Shown here piece by piece: positions 59,501 to 64,000 of a DNA stretch of 64,000 bases; within the stretch, counting starts at the first letter, position 1, and every line of letters begins with the position of its first letter. Below the pieces are notes generated by a model. That model was given only the letters and a program-made list of their open reading frames with translations, did not search any database and was not told where the DNA came from. This DNA is from Staphylococcus phage vB_StaM_PB50. The position numbers were made by a program, and so were the translations under genes. Location of the stretch: the sequence record OR770614.1; one strand, 5' to 3'.

Positions 59501-61849
59501 GCAGATTCTATTGAACTATCTGTTAATAAAATAAATAATTATCTTAATGCAGATAATACACTTATTAACTCTGATCTTAGAAATGGATGGGAAGGATGGA
59601 CAACAGTTGATGATGAAACGTCTAAAAATTTAAACTATGCTGAAGAAATAAATAGTGGTTATTGGATATTTACTAATTCAGGAGATGAAGTTGCGATAAC
59701 TGATAAAAATCTAACAGATAAAGATTATTTAACTTTAAGTGCAAATAATGAAGGATGGAAGCAGTGGCAACTTTCTGATGTTGATTATTCTGATGGTAAT
59801 GGAAGTCCTAAAATGTCTAAGATTAGTGCTGGAACATATACAATTAGCATGCAAATAAGAAAAGACGAAGGTAGTACAGGAAATTTCAACCCTTATATAA
59901 GAATAAATGGAGATTCTACTGTAGACCCAATAAAACTAGATATTGATGTCGATTCTGAAATTGATACTGATTGGAAGGAATTTACTGTAACAGGAAATAT
60001 AAGTTCTAGTGATCTAAAAAATAAGTATCGTATAAGACTTATTTTAGTATATACAACTGGTTCGGTAGGTAAAGTTTATGTAAGAAATGTAAGATTAGAT
60101 AAATCAAATTACCCTCAAAATCCTAGATTCTCAATAGCTCCCGAAGAAGATATGACATTTAATATCGATAACAACTTAGCTCTGGGGTCAGTTTATCGTT
60201 TAAACAATGTATCCAGAGGAACTTATAAAAGAATGACTCTTTTATTAAATGGATATTTAAAAAAGAATACTAAATATAAAGTTGCATTTGATTATAATAT
60301 ACAATCTGGAAAGAATAGTGAAGGTTTAATTTCATTATATCCATATAGATATCCTTATAAAGGTTCAGGGTACTCAACTGATGTGGATACATTACCTGAA
60401 ATTAGTTCAGTTAATAGATTAGATTATCCTGTTAGTGCGAATAAAAGAAACGTAATAGAGATTACTACTCCTAATGAAGATAAAATTAATCAGCTATTAT
60501 TTTATGGTGCAAAAGCAGGAACTACAGATAATTCTGAGATTGTGACTTCCTTTGAAAATATAGTTGTTAAAGAATCTAAAGATGTTTCTAATGATAGTGA
60601 TATGTCATATAATGCAAATGAAGTGAAAAATGTATTTAAGTATAAACAGAATACATTCGGCTCTAGGTGGCCTGCAATTACTTCTAGTTATATGCCGGTA
60701 GGACAAGATGGACAGTTTAACATTGGTGACTATGTAACAGGTTCTGTTTATATATACATTCCTGCAACTGCTAGAAAATATCTTAGTTATAAAATATATT
60801 TTGAAGTCGCTACTTACGAAAATACATCACAGACAGGAAATCCTAAATTTGGAGTTGTTGAAATACCTGCCAGTGAATTTGTTTTTGGCGAGTGGAAACG
60901 TTATAGTTTTACCGCCAAAATACCTAGAACTTCTGATAACGGACAAACTAATTATTTAAGATTCTTATTGCGTTATAATAATTATGACAAAGCTGATGTA
61001 TATAATGATGGAACTGTATTCTATTATGCAATTCCAAAATTAGAAAAAGGGGATCAATTAAAACCTTGGACACCATCACCTTTAGATAAATATAGTACTC
61101 AATCAATGTCTAGTAAAATTGCAATGAATTCTGAAGCTATTAAAATGATATCTAGGAATATAGATTTAAATACGGATAAAGTTAGAATATATAATGATAA
61201 AGGTAATATGGTGTTTACTAATGATGTATTAAGAATATCAAAGACTGCTTTAGATACTGATAATTTTGTAGAGATCAATTCAAAAGGATTAAATATTAGA
61301 AAAAATGGCGTTGACCAAGCTGTAGATGGAAAGTTTAAAGGTGAGTCTAACGTTCAGCAAACTATACCTATGGGTAGAAGTTTTAATCCACCTGGTCCCA
61401 ATAAATTGGACGGTCTTTATCATGTACAAGAAATAGCAGGAGCATACTATCTTGATGCAGAAATGTATAGTTATGCTGCTAAGAAAAAGCATTTAACTGA
61501 AGGTGGAGGTGCTTATAATGCATTACTAGGTTCATTTTCATTTTATCATGATAAAAGATACTTAGTAATGAGTTTTACCTACGATACATCTAAAAATGCA
61601 AATTTATATGTTACAGTGGCTGCAGGAGTTGGATGGAAAACTGATTCAAAAACAGCTTTGTATTTTGATAAAAAATATACTTCAGAATCTAAAGGAATAA
61701 TCTCTGAATATATAGATTTAGGTACTCCTAATAACTATAATAAAACATTAGTAATACAATTAGGTATAACAGGAACCTCTAAAGAAGGCGAAGGTGGATC
61801 AATAACTATTAAACGTCTATCATTAAGTAACTTTAACTCCCCTTCATAA
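53504..61849 (+). CDS. giant fibre/adhesin-like structural protein (2781 aa) with internal tandem repeats
   Basis: TTG start after 'ggaagg'. Coiled-coil N-terminal third. Two ~260-aa near-identical repeat units (approx. 57990-58290 and 58780-59070, with '...TSSIKQLPNQITSQVSAVEKRVNENINNIQ(I/V)GGRNLL'). Thrice-repeated 'GN(I/K)ATDW(G/S/T)...PEDIET' motif. Gly-rich C-terminal end. Confidence 0.55.
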   Translation: MISILDKERKRIEGKLVAETFENVISSEKLVYDFSKKTEIIDIEFKSKNYISENTHIIIKDESKNDSEFVCIEENGLKSSLIPAYVKDLNNVFMNSNEELNGQLKSVLSTLLLNTGYNIEYNDLVVDEEITLSKNNKSVFEKLLDIVFEKDLSIRHKYDINTNERTLIINKGKDLRKSNPKEVSGRIPGFEFNVDKSNIKTGLIMYNDNNESITVKDSLNQARFIKDENYIFDTMEVKGKTRDEMEEIASKYLNDSSLNAIDLKMTGLVLRNWTNCHYNKFISSQIFINYKNIKPELTAGFQIYKLERSLFDYNIEKFNFFAKHKDSNEVYKPEMLENYTKYANDNIFIKDNTSSKSNDVKLVESLVNKQLESFKNYINDISNNKNSGTDGSSVLQSNKELNFDAIISDFNLIKSQKDQVVNQLKSIFDSAYLKEDAIKIQVRDKIKEINNDFDKIKSEVNKLNRADQNESLMKDINKSFVGFYSVVNSTKSIIELSNEAINLEMNKLQNEYSHGIKDTVFSEIGRVLGLSYDSKTQKLTGNINVTEDINEVKTSLELMRVKVNRIENDLNDSDRGLKENLIRLTENLSNVLGLPINSESGLIDGAIDNQDTFDLIQKQIQKTKDEIAESKVNLENTKTELEKQQEELDQKSKDIDKAMAEANRVREDLGQELEVSQKEFNYYMDSRGDNLIFNGNADQGDESNFPGMYYDNSDAFQSAASFRIEGFNSIVSSERLIPINPEKTYKLSMFMKNNNSLPSSIGHLSYDKDGQLIESQHVMGSEKPVIELAQELRQGDKVIYFNSLDGLDDTYRFQSAPLDEEDDTPVYDYDRDGSVVLPSDADDILSIDDPNAIPDEEEDTIIYAEDTPEEDKTTEPDVPMPDSDEPVETNSTPVDEEEAIKNMTNNYNVSNAGIVNRNINPNLTDYNDNHSLVIWNFKSNDGYNYGESTYSRNVFMNGWDYGAIDRENNCIYLNRPFDLINYDSEDGGFPAGTKVSGTFTDSNVEWSLIKDEDIPNEDQDDDPEEFNGWYHRQSLITKENIRGTNGFLYGAFYMTLYFKVNQIEDSDVIEFEDGSSEPKFWLTNMEMYDVTGLESVKKTVIDTNELVATMMTKKEMDDYRKQVVEGFSEVSQTVDMIRQEVSKKIEDLDDKVMTDITSRIETIAGQIDLVSESQKVDKEELEKQIGQIKIETDKITSLVQRIDTAEDNYSDLSTKVEQLDSSYTITAEKVEKQGTDITDLSGKLTVANNAITQEVKDRKSAVDDAIESSKALVKVEADRITNLVSKQESTDDTISNLETSITAEIGKIENKVTNETSVEALSNKIKIGGNNLLVGTEKFDLPFNKTSFSRYGGIIKDGIGYSLDYNTESNRLAWSIFQNVDVIPNTDYVLSYNAHNKEGITQGIAYTPIMRLTDDGKIFDSLEYIITSDTYRETKEDIDNRYVVKFNTGKSRKIRIYFTSKDVDSLAYISKPQLELGNIATDWGLSKGDLEDRFNKAETRITQTEEDITLNATKLTETGNLIEKNYSELKVETDKISSIVSEQKILDDKISANTSSIKQLPNQITSQVSAVEKRVNENINNIQIGGRNLLLDSLNKTIFKPNNKGLGIPTKNSDNSWNLTPDSDKSISSYYFIRDSNSNDITSVEMKTNVWYTFSIDLILPKDLKVEIGINSDGISRPEGISSKYDYHNIKANERTRIGFTFKWIDKNIIENIPIIIRLNESNSIGIPIIYDKAKLEYGNKATDWSPAPEDIETRLVASETRITQTEKDISLNASSITTLDNKTTNQYSTLKVETDKISGIVSKQEEMDDKIATNTSSIKQLPNQITSQVSAVEKRVNENINNIQVGGRNLLENSLSWNKGFEDNSNGSYKYLWRIYIDELLNKVDIGDEISISFDLQMERGDVFRIYDSVVDPGMSIGSDTITNVGNKKFKYKYTSKITKTSGDNTRWAIYAYNNNNGDKFSIENIKIEKGNKATDWTPAPEDIETSISTVSSKIDQKADSIELSVNKINNYLNADNTLINSDLRNGWEGWTTVDDETSKNLNYAEEINSGYWIFTNSGDEVAITDKNLTDKDYLTLSANNEGWKQWQLSDVDYSDGNGSPKMSKISAGTYTISMQIRKDEGSTGNFNPYIRINGDSTVDPIKLDIDVDSEIDTDWKEFTVTGNISSSDLKNKYRIRLILVYTTGSVGKVYVRNVRLDKSNYPQNPRFSIAPEEDMTFNIDNNLALGSVYRLNNVSRGTYKRMTLLLNGYLKKNTKYKVAFDYNIQSGKNSEGLISLYPYRYPYKGSGYSTDVDTLPEISSVNRLDYPVSANKRNVIEITTPNEDKINQLLFYGAKAGTTDNSEIVTSFENIVVKESKDVSNDSDMSYNANEVKNVFKYKQNTFGSRWPAITSSYMPVGQDGQFNIGDYVTGSVYIYIPATARKYLSYKIYFEVATYENTSQTGNPKFGVVEIPASEFVFGEWKRYSFTAKIPRTSDNGQTNYLRFLLRYNNYDKADVYNDGTVFYYAIPKLEKGDQLKPWTPSPLDKYSTQSMSSKIAMNSEAIKMISRNIDLNTDKVRIYNDKGNMVFTNDVLRISKTALDTDNFVEINSKGLNIRKNGVDQAVDGKFKGESNVQQTIPMGRSFNPPGPNKLDGLYHVQEIAGAYYLDAEMYSYAAKKKHLTEGGGAYNALLGSFSFYHDKRYLVMSFTYDTSKNANLYVTVAAGVGWKTDSKTALYFDKKYTSESKGIISEYIDLGTPNNYNKTLVIQLGITGTSKEGEGGSITIKRLSLSNFNSPS

Positions 61850-61895
61850 AACATATTTATATAATTTATATAAATACGAAGGGAAGTTTTATTTT

Positions 61896-62255
61896 ATGAT
61901 AAAATCAAATGGTATTGTTCCTGTTTTTGATACAAAATATGATACGACTGGAAATTTAATTTCAGGGAGAATGTCTCTTGTTATTGATACGGATCAAATA
62001 GAGACAAATGGTGAATTTAATGAATATAAGGCAGGTCAAGTATTTTCTTCTGGTCCTTCTATAGTATTTATTATAGATAAGAATACTTATAATCAAATTG
62101 AAAAATTAAAAATTGCTTTTATAGATGGATTACCTAATCTAGTTGTAAAAGACGAAGAAGAATTTGAAGAAATTGAAGATCAAGAAACTCCTGAAGAAAA
62201 AGAAATTCGTGAATTACAAGAAAAATTAGCTGCTTTAATGGCTGGTAGAAAATAA
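61896..62255 (+). CDS. hypothetical protein (possible fibre assembly/chaperone by position)
   Basis: 119-aa ORF directly after the giant fibre gene. Acidic C-terminus. Confidence 0.4.
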   Translation: MIKSNGIVPVFDTKYDTTGNLISGRMSLVIDTDQIETNGEFNEYKAGQVFSSGPSIVFIIDKNTYNQIEKLKIAFIDGLPNLVVKDEEEFEEIEDQETPEEKEIRELQEKLAALMAGRK

Positions 62256-62274
62256 TTTAGGAGGAATTTTAATT

Positions 62275-62748
62275 ATGAATTTAACTAAAAAATCTTTTAT
62301 TGTAACATTCCATGCTACTTTAGTAGCTAAAGGTGTGTTAGAATTAGAAGAAGTATCTGAAGGTAATGAATTAAAATCATTAGTTGAAGAAGTTTTAAAT
62401 GAAGTTGGTTTTGGAGAAGTAACAGAATCATCTGAATCTTATGATCCTTATGATAGCAGTGGTCCTGTTAAAATGTATGGACCGGGAAGTAATGGAGTTT
62501 GGGTAACTTCATCTACTGAACAACCTTTAGAAAAACCTAATTATGAATACTCTGATGCTGAACCGGTTCCTTCAAAACCTGAAAATACACCTGTTGAAGC
62601 TGAGATCGATCCGATTGACGAAGAACATCGTGTAGAAGGTTTTAATGAAGATTCAGAAGTTCAAGGTATTGGTAGAGCTACTGAAGTTGAACCTCAAGAA
62701 GATTCTGAAAATGCAGATTCTGCTCGTGGAGGAATTTTACCTCAATAA
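62275..62748 (+). CDS. hypothetical acidic protein
   Basis: 157-aa ORF with RBS 'aggaggaattttaattatg'. Confidence 0.45.
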   Translation: MNLTKKSFIVTFHATLVAKGVLELEEVSEGNELKSLVEEVLNEVGFGEVTESSESYDPYDSSGPVKMYGPGSNGVWVTSSTEQPLEKPNYEYSDAEPVPSKPENTPVEAEIDPIDEEHRVEGFNEDSEVQGIGRATEVEPQEDSENADSARGGILPQ

Positions 62749-62894
62749 TAGAGTTCATTAAGTTAATAAAAATAGAACAAATATATATGAAAGTTATTTA
62801 CATAGTATTTAGCTTTCATACTAACTTTTTCTTTGTTCTTTTCTGAGTTGACTCTATAAAGCTTTATTCTTTTTCTATTAATTTTTGGCAAAGT

Positions 62895-62940
62895 CTTCAA
62901 AATGTCCTAACAATCTCAATGGTTGTTAGGACTATTTATT
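62895..62940 (+). terminator. rho-independent terminator
   Basis: Hairpin 'gtcctaacaatctcaatggttgttaggac' followed by 'tatttattt'. Confidence 0.5.
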
Positions 62941-63039
62941 TGCAAGTAGATCAAATCTATCATAACTCTTGTTCATTCTATTGGAACAATGATTTATAAA
63001 TAAATTAATTAAATAGAAGAAAGGAAGGTAATTTATAAA

Positions 63040-63546
63040 ATGGAAAATAGTAAAAATAAAAATATTGTAGAAGATAAAAATGAAATTGACATTAATAATG
63101 ATACTAATGAAAATCTAATTGTAAAAATATACTACTATATTAAGCAATTTAAATTTTATTTAACGCCAATTTTCCTTTCTATTTACGCAATAATTTACGG
63201 TATCCAATTTGTTTTTAGAACTAGAGAAGCGTATAGGACATCTGAAATATATATTGCGTTATCAAAATTTATGGATTTGCAAATATACGGTGTATTTTTA
63301 TTAGTTTCGGGTTTTTGTATAGGTATTTCATTATTTTTAAATAAATATATAGGAAGACCTTTTTTAATTGTTGGTTCATTTATATCTTTTGTATTATTCT
63401 TCATATACGCATTTATATCTTTAGATACTGCAGGAATGCAATCTACTATGATTATTCGAATTGTATTTTCTTTTGTTAACTTATTCTTAGCAATATTTAC
63501 ATTTTTAGAAATGAAAGTTGAGAATATTATAGATGACCGAAAATAA
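63040..63546 (+). CDS. putative integral membrane protein (4 predicted TM helices)
   Basis: 168 aa with hydrophobic stretches 'LTPIFLSIYAIIYGIQFVF', 'IYGVFLLVSGFCIGISLFL', 'FLIVGSFISFVLFFIYAFISL', 'IIRIVFSFVNLFLAIFTFL'. Confidence 0.5.
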   Translation: MENSKNKNIVEDKNEIDINNDTNENLIVKIYYYIKQFKFYLTPIFLSIYAIIYGIQFVFRTREAYRTSEIYIALSKFMDLQIYGVFLLVSGFCIGISLFLNKYIGRPFLIVGSFISFVLFFIYAFISLDTAGMQSTMIIRIVFSFVNLFLAIFTFLEMKVENIIDDRK

Positions 63547-64000
63547 ACATTTCCAAAATAACAAAAATATAACAGAATTAGACTTATATAAAGTTAATAA
63601 TTCTTTAAAAGAGGAAATAGAAGAAAAATTCGATAAAAAAATTGAAGATATAAAAACAGACAATGTTAAAACTAATAGTACTTTAGTGAGAGTTGAAGTA
63701 TTATTAGAAAATATGGGAAAAAATACAGAAGAGATTAGAAAAGAAATGAAAGAAGATCGTGCAGTCAGAAAATTAGAAGAAGAAGATAGAATTAGAAGGC
63801 ACAATGATTTAGAAAAACAAATAATGTCTGTCAAAGATGAATTGAATGATAATGTAGAGACTGTAGAGAGAAAACTTAGTGATGAAATCAAAGAAGTTAA
63901 ATTAGGATTAGATACAAAACTTAATATTGATGATTTCGAGACTAAATTTGATGATATAGAAAAAGCTGAAAATGATAGTGACAAAGAGACCAAAGCTTTT
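63534..64000 (+). CDS. hypothetical coiled-coil protein (5' partial in window; runs off the end)
   Basis: ATG at 63534 overlaps the end of the previous gene. Open to the window end. 'MTENKHFQNNKNITELDLYKV...' with K/E-rich heptad-like sequence. Confidence 0.4.

Noticed and set aside
1-64000. Searched by eye for CRISPR arrays, tRNA/rRNA genes, integrase/att sites and a reverse transcriptase (DGR) near the repeat-containing fibre gene.
   Set aside because: No regular repeat-spacer arrays, no GC-rich tRNA-like cloverleaf candidates in intergenic regions, and no RT, integrase or recombinase motifs were found. Absence is only as good as manual inspection.

Overview
This AT-rich (roughly 27-30% GC) window is almost certainly part of a large lytic, contractile-tailed phage genome from a low-GC Gram-positive host; AGGAGG-type ribosome-binding sites and frequent TTG start codons fit that. 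Minus strand, from high to low coordinate: a capsid module (T4 gp23-like major capsid protein, acidic scaffold, a strong terminator), two paralogous HExxH membrane metallopeptidase-like genes, the terminase large subunit, a class Ib ribonucleotide reductase operon (nrdH-nrdI-nrdE-nrdF), a 1049-aa tail sheath and a putative tube. Plus strand: two tandem paralogous ~1900-aa virion proteins carrying peptidoglycan-hydrolase domains (M23 peptidase and SGNH-like hydrolase in one, tail-lysozyme-like and NlpC/P60 in the other), a split prohead-protease-like gene, and a 2781-aa fibre-like protein with internal tandem repeats. A RecD/Dda-like helicase and many small hypothetical genes are also present. 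The most notable finding is a family of six group I introns whose P, Q, R and S core elements (5' and 3' halves of the P4 and P7 stems) are almost identical in sequence. One (~714 nt, carrying an HNH endonuclease) sits in nrdE. Three sit in the terminase large subunit gene (two ORF-less mini-introns of ~160-175 nt plus one carrying a Zn-finger + PD-(D/E)XK endonuclease) and leave a ~20-nt micro-exon. Two ORF-less mini-introns (~161 and ~180 nt) sit in the prohead-protease-like gene. Splice junctions were inferred by eye and may be off by ±1-3 nt. No CRISPR arrays, tRNAs or rRNAs were recognised.
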